Sequence record: MN648445
Length of the DNA stretch: 64,000 nt
Strand: one strand, 5' to 3'
From: Escherichia phage FP43
Positions within the stretch are counted from its first letter, which is position 1; every line of letters starts with the position of its first letter. The notes under the pieces are model-generated. The model saw only the letters and a program-made list of their open reading frames with translations. It did not search any database and was not told the origin of the DNA. Positions 38,967 through 48,198 of the stretch are shown here, piece after piece. Made by a program: the position numbers and the translations under genes.

Positions 38967-39635
38967 ATGATCGATAAAGACTATATTGAAGAGTTACGTG
39001 CTCTTTCTGATAAAAAGGAAGCCAAAGCTAAACTGTTTGAATATGCGGAACAATTTGGCATTAGTGTTAAGAAAACAAAATCATTCGATAATATTGTTAT
39101 TGATATCGAAGAAGCTCTTAACGCACTGGCTGATGAACCATTACCTGAAACTGATGGATTATCTATCACCGATTTAATTACTGCAGCAGATGATGTGGAC
39201 GGTGTTAATTTCACCAACGAAGAGGTTAAAGAAGAAGCTATTCTGTTGTTTGATTCTCCAACAGAACAAGTTGAAGTATTAGAAGTTGTCGAACAAGAAA
39301 AAGAATTCGACCATGATAAATTCGAAGAAGCAATTACTCAGGTTGTTGAATCTGAAAAAGAGCCTGAGTCAGAGGTAAATAAAGAAGTAAAATTTGTTCT
39401 GCCTGAAAATTTTAGTCCTACACTCATTAAATTAGGCAAAGGCCCAGGGTATGTTACTGTTCCTTGGTGGATTTATCAATGGATAGCCGAAACCCCAGAT
39501 TGGAAATCTCGCCCAACTAGTTTTGTACACGCTTCTGCTCACCAAACATTATTTAGCTTAATTTATTATATTAATCGCGATGGATCAGTTCTAATTCGTG
39601 AAACTCGTAATTCTTCTTTCGTAACATTAAAATAA
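38967..39635 (+). CDS. inh: Probable inhibitor of prohead protease Inh
   Basis: 222-aa ORF at the position of T4 inh (226 aa) beside hoc; acidic central region. Confidence 0.55.
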   Translation: MIDKDYIEELRALSDKKEAKAKLFEYAEQFGISVKKTKSFDNIVIDIEEALNALADEPLPETDGLSITDLITAADDVDGVNFTNEEVKEEAILLFDSPTEQVEVLEVVEQEKEFDHDKFEEAITQVVESEKEPESEVNKEVKFVLPENFSPTLIKLGKGPGYVTVPWWIYQWIAETPDWKSRPTSFVHASAHQTLFSLIYYINRDGSVLIRETRNSSFVTLK

Positions 39636-39644
39636 GGATAACTT

Positions 39645-41063
39645 ATGGCTTTTACAGTTAATATAAATCCTAAAACACCTACTGGAGTTATAGGACAGAC
39701 CCAGCAGTTTACTGCCACACCTAGTGGTCAGGCTGAAGGTGGAACTATTACATATGCTTGGACTTTGGATGGTGTTCCGCAAGATGGAGCTGAAGCAACT
39801 TTTAGTTATGTACTAAAAGGACCTGCCGGTCAAAAGACTATTAAAGTAGTTGCAACAAATACAGTTCCAGAAGCTGAAGCTGAAACAGCAGAAACTACTG
39901 CAACTATCACAGTTAAAAATAAAACTCAGACAACTACTCTGGCTATAACTCCTGATAGCCCTGCTGCTGGAGTAATCGGAACAGCTGTTAAATTTACTGC
40001 GGCTTTAGCTTCTCAACCGTCAGGCGCATCTGCTACGTATCAATGGCACGTTGACGGTTCTCCTGTGAGCGAAGCAACTTCTGCTACATTCAATTACACT
40101 CCTACCACAAGCGGAGTTAAAAAAATTAAATGTGTAGCCCAAGTGACGGCAACAGACTATGACACAAAAGAAGTTACTTCTAATGAAGTATCACTGACTG
40201 TTAATAAAAAGACACAGACAACTACCTTGGCAGTAACTCCTGATAGTCCTTCAGCTGGAGTAATTGGAACCCCAGTTCAATTTACTGCTGCCTTAGCTTC
40301 TCAACCGGCTGGAGCGTCTGCTACGTATCAGTGGTATGTAGATGATTCACAAGTTGGTGGAGAAACTAACTCTACATTTAATTATACTCCAACTACAAGT
40401 GGAGTAAAAAGAATTAAATGCGTAGCCCAAGTAACTGCTGAAAATTACAATGAAAAGGAAGTTACTTCTAATGAAGTATCATTAACGGTTAATAAGAAGT
40501 CAATGAATCCACAGGTTACATTGACTCCTCCTTCTATTAACGTTCAGCAAGATGCTTCAGCTACATTTACCGCTAATGTCACTGATGCTCCAGAAGAAGC
40601 GCAAATTGAATATTCATGGAAGAAAGATTCTTCTCCTGTAGAAGGGTCAACTAATGTATATACCGTTGATACTTCATCTGTTGGAAGTCAAACTATTGAA
40701 GTGACTGCCATCGTTACTGCAGATGACTATGATAGCAAAACTATTACAGCAGAAGGTCAAGTTCAAGTGACTGATAAAGTTGCTCCGGAACCAGAAGGTG
40801 AATTACCTTATGTTCATCCTCTTCCACATCGTACTTCAGCTTACATCTGGTGCGGTTGGTGGGTTATGGATGAAATCCAAAAAATGACTGAAGAAGGTAA
40901 AGATTGGAAAATTGACGATCCAGATAGTAAATACTACCTGCATCGTTATACGCTTCAGAAGATGATGAAAGACTATCCGGAAGTTGATGTTCAAGAATCA
41001 CGTAATGGATACGTCATCAATAAAACTGCTTTAGAAACTGGTATCATCTATACATATCCATAA
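39645..41063 (+). CDS. hoc: Head outer capsid protein Hoc with tandem Ig-like domains
   Basis: 472-aa ORF with repeated ~95-aa Ig-like modules and a conserved C-terminal capsid-binding region; longer than T4 Hoc (376 aa). Confidence 0.8.
   Translation: MAFTVNINPKTPTGVIGQTQQFTATPSGQAEGGTITYAWTLDGVPQDGAEATFSYVLKGPAGQKTIKVVATNTVPEAEAETAETTATITVKNKTQTTTLAITPDSPAAGVIGTAVKFTAALASQPSGASATYQWHVDGSPVSEATSATFNYTPTTSGVKKIKCVAQVTATDYDTKEVTSNEVSLTVNKKTQTTTLAVTPDSPSAGVIGTPVQFTAALASQPAGASATYQWYVDDSQVGGETNSTFNYTPTTSGVKRIKCVAQVTAENYNEKEVTSNEVSLTVNKKSMNPQVTLTPPSINVQQDASATFTANVTDAPEEAQIEYSWKKDSSPVEGSTNVYTVDTSSVGSQTIEVTAIVTADDYDSKTITAEGQVQVTDKVAPEPEGELPYVHPLPHRTSAYIWCGWWVMDEIQKMTEEGKDWKIDDPDSKYYLHRYTLQKMMKDYPEVDVQESRNGYVINKTALETGIIYTYP
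39925..40505 (+). repeat. Tandem duplication of ~290 bp inside hoc (Ig-like domain repeats)
   Basis: Near-identical protein segments TTLAITPDSPAAGVIGTAVKFTAALASQP...SNEVSLTVNKK repeated twice, with a third diverged copy. Confidence 0.7.
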
Positions 41064-41069
41064 TCGTAA

Positions 41070-41096
41070 GGGGCTTCGGCCCCTTTCTTCGTTTTT
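41070..41096 (+). terminator. Rho-independent terminator after hoc
   Basis: GGGGC-TTCG-GCCCC followed by T-rich tract TTTCTTCGTTTTT. Confidence 0.7.
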
Positions 41097-41164
41097 AAAG
41101 CATACAAAACACAACTTGAGATTGATGTATATAATGGCACAAACCAAATAATACGGGATCGATT

Positions 41165-41359
41165 ATGAGAGCTGAAGTTGAAGTTTATACATTACATGAG
41201 GCGGGATTTTCATTCGTAGAAATTGCTCAAAAAATTGGTTTACAACCTAAAGAAGTTGGATTACTATGGACTAAAGCCGAGACAGCTCGGTCAAAGTTTA
41301 AAGCAAAAGAAAAAGTTGTATACCGTAAACGTTTGATTAACAAAAAGGTGAAGAAATGA
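41165..41359 (+). CDS. Small basic protein with helix-turn-helix-like segment
   Basis: 64-aa ORF; GFSFVEIAQKIGLQPKEV resembles an HTH; Lys/Arg-rich C-terminus. Confidence 0.4.
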   Translation: MRAEVEVYTLHEAGFSFVEIAQKIGLQPKEVGLLWTKAETARSKFKAKEKVVYRKRLINKKVKK

Positions 41360-41607
41360 GTTTTGCACAGGAATTAAGAGAAAGGGCTCTGGCCACTAAG
41401 GCCAATTTGTTGAGTGATTTTATTACTAACTTCTCTGTGATGGCAGAGAAAGCCGCTGACAAAGGCCAGACACAATTCACGTACTATCCGTCAAAGAATG
41501 ATTTAACTATCACCGAGCAAATCGGTCAATGGCTTCGTGATAACGGCTTTCAGTACAAAATTAATCACGACCAACGTGATGGACATTGGATAGAAATCAA
41601 GTTCTAA
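41356..41607 (+). CDS. Hypothetical protein
   Basis: 83-aa ORF with ATGA overlap. Confidence 0.4.
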   Translation: MSFAQELRERALATKANLLSDFITNFSVMAEKAADKGQTQFTYYPSKNDLTITEQIGQWLRDNGFQYKINHDQRDGHWIEIKF

Positions 41608-41635
41608 TATGCTTTACATTTTTTGATGGTATAAT
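41607..41635 (+). promoter_or_regulatory. Probable middle promoter (MotA box)
   Basis: ATATGCTTTA with TGCTT 41610-41614, ~13-nt spacer, TATAAT 41630-41635. Confidence 0.45.
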
Positions 41636-41726
41636 GAATCTAGGTTCTATCCATTCAAATTAAACATCGGGTCGGAGATAGAGTCTCTGCTAATTATTTT
41701 GATATTATTATTTATAATGGTGATTT

Positions 41727-42725
41727 ATGTTTAAGAAATACAGCAGTCTTGAAAACCACTACAACTCTAAGTTTATTGAAAAACTCTACACTAATGGTTT
41801 GACTACTGGTGTTTGGGTAGCACGTGAGAAAATCCACGGGACCAACTTCTCGTTAATAATTGAACGTGACAATGTCACATGCGCCAAGCGCACAGGCCCT
41901 ATTCTTCCAGCAGAAGATTTTTATGGTTATGAAATCGTACTCAAGAAGTATGATAAAGCTATTAAAGCCGTTCAGGAATTCATGTACACAGCTCGAGCCG
42001 TATCATATCAAGTATTCGGTGAATTCGCTGGTGGTGGAATCCAGAAAGGTGTTGACTACGGTGAAAAAGATTTTTATGTGTTCGATATCCTTATCAATAC
42101 AGAAAGTGGTGATAATACGTATTTGACCGATTACGAAATGCAAGATTTCTGTAATGAATTCGGTTTTAAAATGGCACCAATGCTTGGTCGTGGAACATTT
42201 GATTCTCTTATCATGATTCCAAATGACCTTGATTCCGTCTTAGCCGCTTATAACGCTACGGCATCGGAAGACCTTGTCGAAGCAAATAATTGCGTATTTG
42301 ATGCTAATGTTATTGGTGATAATACTGCAGAAGGTTATGTTCTGAAGCCTTGTTTCCCTAAATGGCTGCCAAACGGTACTCGTGTAGCGATTAAGTGCAA
42401 GAACTCTAAATTCAGTGAAAAGAAAAAGTCTGATAAGCCTATTAAAACTCAGGTTCAATTAACTGAAATTGACAAAAACTTGCTTGATGTTCTAGCTTGT
42501 TATGTTACACTAAATCGTGTTAACAATGTGATTTCTAAGATTGGGACAGTAACGCCAAAAGATTTCGGTAAAGTGACTGGATTGACTGTTAAAGATATTC
42601 TAGAAGAAACTTCTCGTGAAGGTATTGTATTAACATCATCCGATGACCCGAGTCTTGTTAAGAAAGAATTAATTAGAATGGTGCAAGATGTTCTGCGTCC
42701 TGCATGGATTGAATTAGTATCATAA
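41727..42725 (+). CDS. rnlB: RNA ligase 2
   Basis: 332-aa [24 protein letters not shown]...EKIHGTNFS (ligase KxHG motif); matches T4 Rnl2 by recall. Confidence 0.9.
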   Translation: MFKKYSSLENHYNSKFIEKLYTNGLTTGVWVAREKIHGTNFSLIIERDNVTCAKRTGPILPAEDFYGYEIVLKKYDKAIKAVQEFMYTARAVSYQVFGEFAGGGIQKGVDYGEKDFYVFDILINTESGDNTYLTDYEMQDFCNEFGFKMAPMLGRGTFDSLIMIPNDLDSVLAAYNATASEDLVEANNCVFDANVIGDNTAEGYVLKPCFPKWLPNGTRVAIKCKNSKFSEKKKSDKPIKTQVQLTEIDKNLLDVLACYVTLNRVNNVISKIGTVTPKDFGKVTGLTVKDILEETSREGIVLTSSDDPSLVKKELIRMVQDVLRPAWIELVS

Positions 42726-42754
42726 CAAAAAAAGGGACCTTACGGTCCCTTTTT
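42726..42754. terminator. Bidirectional rho-independent terminator between rnlB and gene 24
   Basis: A-run, GGGACC-TTAC-GGTCCC, T-run. Confidence 0.75.
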
Positions 42755-42757
42755 CGT

Positions 42758-44041
42758 TTATTCATCTATAATAATTTTAGGCAATTTAACACCGAGTAAA
42801 ACAGACAAGTCTGAACGTCCTGCCATTTTATCCATGTCCCCGCCATCAATTACTCTCGCTTCTTTTTCATCTTTTGCTACTGTGTAAGGATTTGCTGATA
42901 AAGCATATCTAACCAATAAACCTATAGACGGTTGTAAGCTTTCCGGATCAACTACAACTTTAAATGCACCGACATGTTCCGGGTCGTCTAAATCCATTCC
43001 TTCAGTGTATGGAGCATAAAAGATGGACCCTACAATCTCTTTTTCGCCGATATTTTCTACAACACCCACAATAACATAATCTAACGGACTGTTGGTATCG
43101 CAGTAAAGAGGTAATCCATTTGCCAAGAATCCATAAGCATTTTGTGAAAGATACTTATCATCTTCCGGCTTATGTTTTAACCAACCAGAAGCAGCAAGAA
43201 TAGCAGCTGCACGAGCTGAAGCTACGCAAAACGTTGCAGTATAAGTTGACTCTTTTTGGATATGCGAAACCATTTCACACACCATTCGATATAACGAACG
43301 ACCTGCTTCCGGAGCAGATGCATAACTCAAGTCAATAAATCCGGTGTCAGTAATTCCAGTAACTTTATAACGTTTAGATACAGTAATTAAAGACTGAAGA
43401 ATATCTTTATTAATTTCATCAGCCATTTCAGTAGCAAGCAAATCTTCTAAGAAGTTAGGGGCATCAAATCCATTCGCTTCTAAATCTTGCGCTAATTCAA
43501 CCGTGAGGCCGGTTTTAAGTTTACGAGATTTGACTGAAGTTTGCCATTTATTAATCTGGAATCTTGCATCAGAAATTTCGCTACCAGAGCTTTCAAATTT
43601 GCTTGTTACCGCTGCATCTGAAAATAGCCGTACCTTTAAATGAACGACCGCAATCTGAAGAGCTAATTCTAGATCACTTTCCTGAATATCTGCAAACGGC
43701 GTATCTTCTAACACTTTATAGACGATATTATTATATTTGAAAAAATCACCTTTATTTAGTGTGACTTTTGATTCTTCTGTGAGCTCAGTAATTTTTTCTC
43801 GGTCTACATATCCAGCTTCGCCTGCATAAGTAGCACCAGTTTTAAATGTTAATTCGTTGTCTGGGTTAAGATATTTAATACCATAAAAAGCAGCAACAGG
43901 TTGATTAGTTCTTTGTGTTGCCACAATGTCAGAATATATTAATTTAGTCGTAGCGCGAGTCAAAGCAACGAGATTTGGGCGACCGATTGAGTTGCTAGTA
44001 GACGTTGTAGATTCACGCAATAATTTTTGGATTTTACTCAT
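42758..44041 (-). CDS. 24: Head vertex protein gp24
   Basis: 427-aa ORF, same length as T4 gp24; gp23-like fold sequence. Confidence 0.95.
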   Translation of the reverse strand: MSKIQKLLRESTTSTSNSIGRPNLVALTRATTKLIYSDIVATQRTNQPVAAFYGIKYLNPDNELTFKTGATYAGEAGYVDREKITELTEESKVTLNKGDFFKYNNIVYKVLEDTPFADIQESDLELALQIAVVHLKVRLFSDAAVTSKFESSGSEISDARFQINKWQTSVKSRKLKTGLTVELAQDLEANGFDAPNFLEDLLATEMADEINKDILQSLITVSKRYKVTGITDTGFIDLSYASAPEAGRSLYRMVCEMVSHIQKESTYTATFCVASARAAAILAASGWLKHKPEDDKYLSQNAYGFLANGLPLYCDTNSPLDYVIVGVVENIGEKEIVGSIFYAPYTEGMDLDDPEHVGAFKVVVDPESLQPSIGLLVRYALSANPYTVAKDEKEARVIDGGDMDKMAGRSDLSVLLGVKLPKIIIDE

Positions 44042-44067
44042 TGCATTTTTCCTTATGTGATATAGAT

Positions 44068-44075
44068 TATTTATA
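44068..44075 (-). promoter_or_regulatory. Late promoter (TATAAATA) for gene 24
   Basis: Exact TATAAATA on minus strand 27 nt upstream of gene 24 ATG. Confidence 0.65.
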
Positions 44076-44081
44076 AAGATT

Positions 44082-44111
44082 GTTTACAACGTATTTGGTA
44101 TGTGATACTAT
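44082..44111 (+). promoter_or_regulatory. Early promoter inside the late head-gene block
   Basis: GTTTAC 44082-44087, 18-nt spacer, TGTGATACTAT ending 44111. Confidence 0.6.
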
Positions 44112-44141
44112 AGACTTATCAACTACAGAGGAGTAAACAAA

Positions 44142-44411
44142 ATGACTAAAGCACGTTTCTTACGAGATACTTTAAAAGTTCTGGAAGCTGAAGCAGTTAA
44201 GTTAGTAGAAAAATATGGTGCAAAAGTTAATGGTAATGCCTTCAACAAAGTATGGATGAAAGTTGATTCTGAAGCTCGAGCTAAAGGTTATTGGGCCACT
44301 GATAAACTTGCATCATTCAAAAACAAAGACGGTTCTCCAGCATATGTCCAAGAAGGTATGCCTAATTGGCAAAATATTTTGAAAACTTACATCGAAATTG
44401 CACAGAAATAA
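44142..44411 (+). CDS. Hypothetical protein encoded antisense to the surrounding late genes
   Basis: 89-aa ORF with RBS GAGGAG and its own early promoter, between genes 24 and 23. Confidence 0.5.
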   Translation: MTKARFLRDTLKVLEAEAVKLVEKYGAKVNGNAFNKVWMKVDSEARAKGYWATDKLASFKNKDGSPAYVQEGMPNWQNILKTYIEIAQK

Positions 44412-44439
44412 AACCAAAAATGGGAGACCGAAGTCTCCC
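44411..44439 (-). terminator. Rho-independent terminator for gene 23 transcript
   Basis: GGGAGAC-CGAA-GTCTCCC (reverse complement of the gene 32 terminator stem) followed on minus strand by ATTTTTGGTTT. Confidence 0.7.
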
Positions 44440-44463
44440 AAAATAAGATTTAATCAATTAAGA

Positions 44464-46032
44464 TTAGATGCCTTTTACATATACACGGCGGAAGTAAGCG
44501 TTCTTACCAAGGCTGTTCAGGATAGACGGCATACCGGACTGGATGCGAGCACCTGGAGCCTGCAGGGAACTTTCAGCAAACGGGTTAACACCGATACCGT
44601 AACGAGTTTTAAAGCCCATTACCGGCTGGAAGTTCTTAGGATCGGAACCACGCAGTGGGGTAAGTGCAACGTAAGGAGCATAGTAGATACCTGCATCCAT
44701 TTCGTTAGCGCCTTTGTAACCAACGGTGAAGTAATCCTGTTTAGCATACTGGTCGATGTATACGCGGTATTTACCACCAAGTACACCGGCAAATACAGAC
44801 TTAGTAGTGTCGGTATTAAAACCAGAAGCCAGACCCTGTGCAGCGTAAGAAATACCAGTATCAACTGAAGCCAGTACGTTAACTACGTTACGGGAAGCGA
44901 TAATGAAGTTACCTTCACCACGACCGGTTTGACGAGCAATTTCAACTGCTTCTTTATCAATCTGGAACAACAGAGATTTAAAGCTTTCACCGGCCCAACG
45001 AGCACCACGGATATCAATCGGGTCCTGGAAGTCAAATACACCAGCTTTAGAACCCGGAGTCAGGGTCATACCGGATTTACCAACCTGTGCTGAGTAGTTA
45101 ATCCAATCAACAACTTCACGGTTGATTTCTAGCATAATTTCTGTAGCCAGAATACCGCTCAGTTCAGCATCAGCATCCATACCGTGTACTGCACGGAGGT
45201 CTTGTGCTAATTCGATAGAGTAAGCAGCTTTCAGCTGGCGAGATTTAGCTTCGATAACTTGTTTATCGATACGGAAGCCCATTTCATTCCATGGGTTATC
45301 GGTAGAACCGTTGAAACCTTCCTGGAGTTCAGCGATAGAAGTAGCCATACCTTCAGCGATTTCTACCAGTGCACCGGCTTCCATTTGTTTCTTAACTTCT
45401 GCATCTAATTTAGCTGCATCAGTTGCACCAGAATCAAGTGTTACGACAGCAGAAGCTTGCAAATATACAGTACCAGTTTCTTGGAAGAAGTGAGTATAGA
45501 TATCACCTACAACAGTAGTAGTGTCAGCAGCCAGAGCTGGGAATTTCTTAGCAGCACCCTGACCAGAGAACATCGCGTCTGGGGCATACATCGGATGGAA
45601 AGCTTCTTTAGCGCCAGCAGCGATAGGGTCTTTACCATATACTGCACGGAGAGCAAATACCTGACCGGTCGGGCTGTTCATAGGCTGAACACCACAAATA
45701 TCAAAAGCGATCAGATTAGGAATAGCACGACGAACCATACCCATAACTGCCGGCCCAATTTGGGTTACTGCACCAGAGGTTTGACCTGCTGCGATGTTCT
45801 GAGCATTATAACCATGGTCACCACCAATTTCAGCTTCGGTCAAGAAAGAACCAAATGCCTGAGCGATTTTCTCGTCTTTATATTCAGGGGATACTTCGAA
45901 ATCTTTTTCCTGGTTTTCGAAGATTTTAGCGATAATAGCCTGCTTGCTATTAGCGATTTCCGGCAGGCCTTCACCTTCCAGCAGTTCTTTCCATTTGTCT
46001 ACGAGCTGAGCTTTAGTTTTGATAGTAGTCAT
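44464..46032 (-). CDS. 23: Major capsid protein gp23
   Basis: 522-aa ORF MTTIKTKAQLVDKWKELLEGEGLPEIANSKQAIIAKIFENQEKDF matches T4 gp23 by recall. Confidence 0.98.
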   Translation of the reverse strand: MTTIKTKAQLVDKWKELLEGEGLPEIANSKQAIIAKIFENQEKDFEVSPEYKDEKIAQAFGSFLTEAEIGGDHGYNAQNIAAGQTSGAVTQIGPAVMGMVRRAIPNLIAFDICGVQPMNSPTGQVFALRAVYGKDPIAAGAKEAFHPMYAPDAMFSGQGAAKKFPALAADTTTVVGDIYTHFFQETGTVYLQASAVVTLDSGATDAAKLDAEVKKQMEAGALVEIAEGMATSIAELQEGFNGSTDNPWNEMGFRIDKQVIEAKSRQLKAAYSIELAQDLRAVHGMDADAELSGILATEIMLEINREVVDWINYSAQVGKSGMTLTPGSKAGVFDFQDPIDIRGARWAGESFKSLLFQIDKEAVEIARQTGRGEGNFIIASRNVVNVLASVDTGISYAAQGLASGFNTDTTKSVFAGVLGGKYRVYIDQYAKQDYFTVGYKGANEMDAGIYYAPYVALTPLRGSDPKNFQPVMGFKTRYGIGVNPFAESSLQAPGARIQSGMPSILNSLGKNAYFRRVYVKGI

Positions 46033-46049
46033 TTGTGTTAACCTTTAAA

Positions 46050-46862
46050 TTAGAAACGAGATGCGACTTTCGCATATAAACTTACATTAGAATTCTGTTC
46101 TACCTGAGTTGTGGTAGTGTCAACTGCTTCGGCAACAAAATTAAGACCGGCAGCGTCATTGTCAACTGTATTTATACTTTCGGTAATAGCGGCTTCTTCT
46201 TTAGTAGAACCTTTAACCATTTCTACAATAGCAGTTAACTTAGTACCAAATGCGTCAGAATAATCCATACCTTCAACCAGGCCAATAACTTTTTCTTTCT
46301 GAGATTCAGTCAGGTCTTTTACGCTTTCATTAATAGCGGTTTCACGCTGAACGTAATTGATATATGCATCACGTTTGGTAACTTCTTCGAACAAACGAGC
46401 GGTTTCTTCTTTATGTTCGGCCAGCTCTTCTTCCATTTCTGCTACAACATCTACAGATTCTTCTGGAACAACAACGTTATGTTCAACAAACAGTTCTTTC
46501 AGACCACCAAGCATGGATTCGAACAAATCAGCTTTAATGCCTTTATCAACTGCGATTTGGTTTTCTGCGAGCCATTCTTTTGCAAGATGGTCCAGGAATT
46601 TAGAAGCTTGTTCAGCCAATTTTTTATCAGCTTTCTCTTCAGCATCTTCTTTAGCCTTTTCAACTTCTTCTTCGGCTTTTTCGGCGATAGCTTTGATATG
46701 AGATTCAGCTAGTTTGACTGCTTCCTGCTTAACGGTGGCTTCGAATACAGTGCTGAAATTAGCTTTAACGTCCGGAGACAGTTCTACTGATTCGAAAACA
46801 CTATTAAGAGCAACTGAAGTCTCGATATTCTGAGCTTCTTTCAAAAGTTGTTCTTTGATCAT
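46050..46862 (-). CDS. 22: Prohead core scaffold protein gp22
   Basis: 270-aa acidic, Ala/Glu-rich coiled-coil ORF (T4 gp22 269 aa). Confidence 0.85.
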   Translation of the reverse strand: MIKEQLLKEAQNIETSVALNSVFESVELSPDVKANFSTVFEATVKQEAVKLAESHIKAIAEKAEEEVEKAKEDAEEKADKKLAEQASKFLDHLAKEWLAENQIAVDKGIKADLFESMLGGLKELFVEHNVVVPEESVDVVAEMEEELAEHKEETARLFEEVTKRDAYINYVQRETAINESVKDLTESQKEKVIGLVEGMDYSDAFGTKLTAIVEMVKGSTKEEAAITESINTVDNDAAGLNFVAEAVDTTTTQVEQNSNVSLYAKVASRF

Positions 46863-46892
46863 TTTAGTGTCCTGTGGTTTAGATTACATTAT

Positions 46893-46900
46893 TATTTATA
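46893..46900 (-). promoter_or_regulatory. Late promoter (TATAAATA) for gene 22
   Basis: Exact TATAAATA on minus strand 30 nt upstream of gene 22 ATG, overlapping gene 21 stop. Confidence 0.6.
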
Positions 46901-47537
46901 ATGCTTTTAAACTCTCTGCGAGAGCTTTAAATGCTTCATCAGCACTGTTTTTGGTGATTTCCACCGAATTTTCTGATTCTGATATTTGTTTAGGAGTAAC
47001 CCAAGCATCTGGAGCAGAAGGTCCCCATACGGCATCTACACCGACGGTTAATTTAAATCCTTCGTTCACGATACGGTACCCTTTATTGGTGTCGGTTAAA
47101 GAACCAAGACCACGAGAGGAAACACCTGGAATCCAACCAGCTCGTATATTAGCAGCTAATTTATCGCCGGGACCATGGTCACCTTCAATAATTCTAGCAC
47201 GTCCATATACATCGTTTCCTTTCCACCACATATCTTCAATAATGATAGCGGCTTGCATAGGGTCAACATTTGCACGAGGTGGATGATTTAATTCTCCAAG
47301 GGCTTGTTTGGTTGCGACTTGTTCTTTAATATAGTCGCTTACGGCTTTTTCCAAAACATGTTTAGGATATAAACGTTTATTTCGGTTAACAACCTCTGCC
47401 TGAAGAAAAATACCTTCTATATAAAGCCCTGGTTTTAAGCCAGAATCTTTTCCATCATGAGATTCCAACATTGGAACGCCATCAATAATCTCACCGGGTT
47501 GACCCCAAGTTTCAATAAGTAACTCGGGTTTATTCAT
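46896..47537 (-). CDS. 21: Prohead core protease gp21
   Basis: 213-aa ORF (T4 gp21 212 aa); synteny. Confidence 0.9.
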   Translation of the reverse strand: MNKPELLIETWGQPGEIIDGVPMLESHDGKDSGLKPGLYIEGIFLQAEVVNRNKRLYPKHVLEKAVSDYIKEQVATKQALGELNHPPRANVDPMQAAIIIEDMWWKGNDVYGRARIIEGDHGPGDKLAANIRAGWIPGVSSRGLGSLTDTNKGYRIVNEGFKLTVGVDAVWGPSAPDAWVTPKQISESENSVEITKNSADEAFKALAESLKAL

Positions 47538-47962
47538 TAGCTTAATCCTAATGCTTTACGACGTTTAAGAGCTTTTTTACGCTTACGCATGCCTTTAACT
47601 TGGCCTGAAGGGTTAGCTTTTTTAGCTTTAACGACCTTACGAGCGATTTGTCTACGTTTTGCTTTAGAAAGACCGGTTGTTTGGAACGCGTTACGTTCAC
47701 GAGTTTTACGGTCTTTAGTGCGGGTGACTTCACCACGAGAAGAAACATGTTTAACGATAAACTCATTTAACTGTTCTTCATTAATAATGGAAGCCATTGC
47801 AACAGCTAAATCCGTTTCAGTTTCAAGCATGTTCTCGATAATAGTATTTATATCGTCAATATCGAGAGCAGAAGACAATGCATCGATTCGGCCCTGTGCT
47901 TCAGGAATAAGTGCTTCGACATTTTCGAGTACCAATTCATAAGATTCAGGGATAAGATACAT
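47537..47962 (-). CDS. 68: Prohead core protein gp68
   Basis: 141-aa ORF, same length as T4 gp68; basic C-terminus. Confidence 0.7.
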   Translation of the reverse strand: MYLIPESYELVLENVEALIPEAQGRIDALSSALDIDDINTIIENMLETETDLAVAMASIINEEQLNEFIVKHVSSRGEVTRTKDRKTRERNAFQTTGLSKAKRRQIARKVVKAKKANPSGQVKGMRKRKKALKRRKALGLS

Positions 47963-48198
47963 TATTCATCGTCCTCATCATCTTCGTCTTCGTCGTCATC
48001 GCCTTCATCAGCGTCGTCTTCCGAAGCTTTAGCTTTCTTTTCTTCTTCAGGTTCTTCGCCTTCAATCAAAAATTGAGAAGCGATTTCTGCTTTGCGTGCT
48101 TCAATCAAACGAACCGTTTTTTCTGCCATTGCACTTTCAAAAAACTTTCGAGTAGCAACGAGGTCGTTTGATTTAATAGCTTGAATTAAATCGTCCAT
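47962..48198 (-). CDS. 67: Prohead core protein gp67
   Basis: 78-aa ORF with poly-acidic C-terminus; T4 gp67 ~80 aa. Confidence 0.7.
   Translation of the reverse strand: MDDLIQAIKSNDLVATRKFFESAMAEKTVRLIEARKAEIASQFLIEGEEPEEEKKAKASEDDADEGDDDEDEDDEDDE

Noticed and set aside
46357-46712. Two plus-strand ORFs (114 and 99 aa) with Ser/Ala-rich or Phe-rich low-complexity translations
   Set aside because: Antisense to the Glu/Ala/Lys-rich gp22 scaffold gene; the composition is the mirror of the sense codons; no expression signals.
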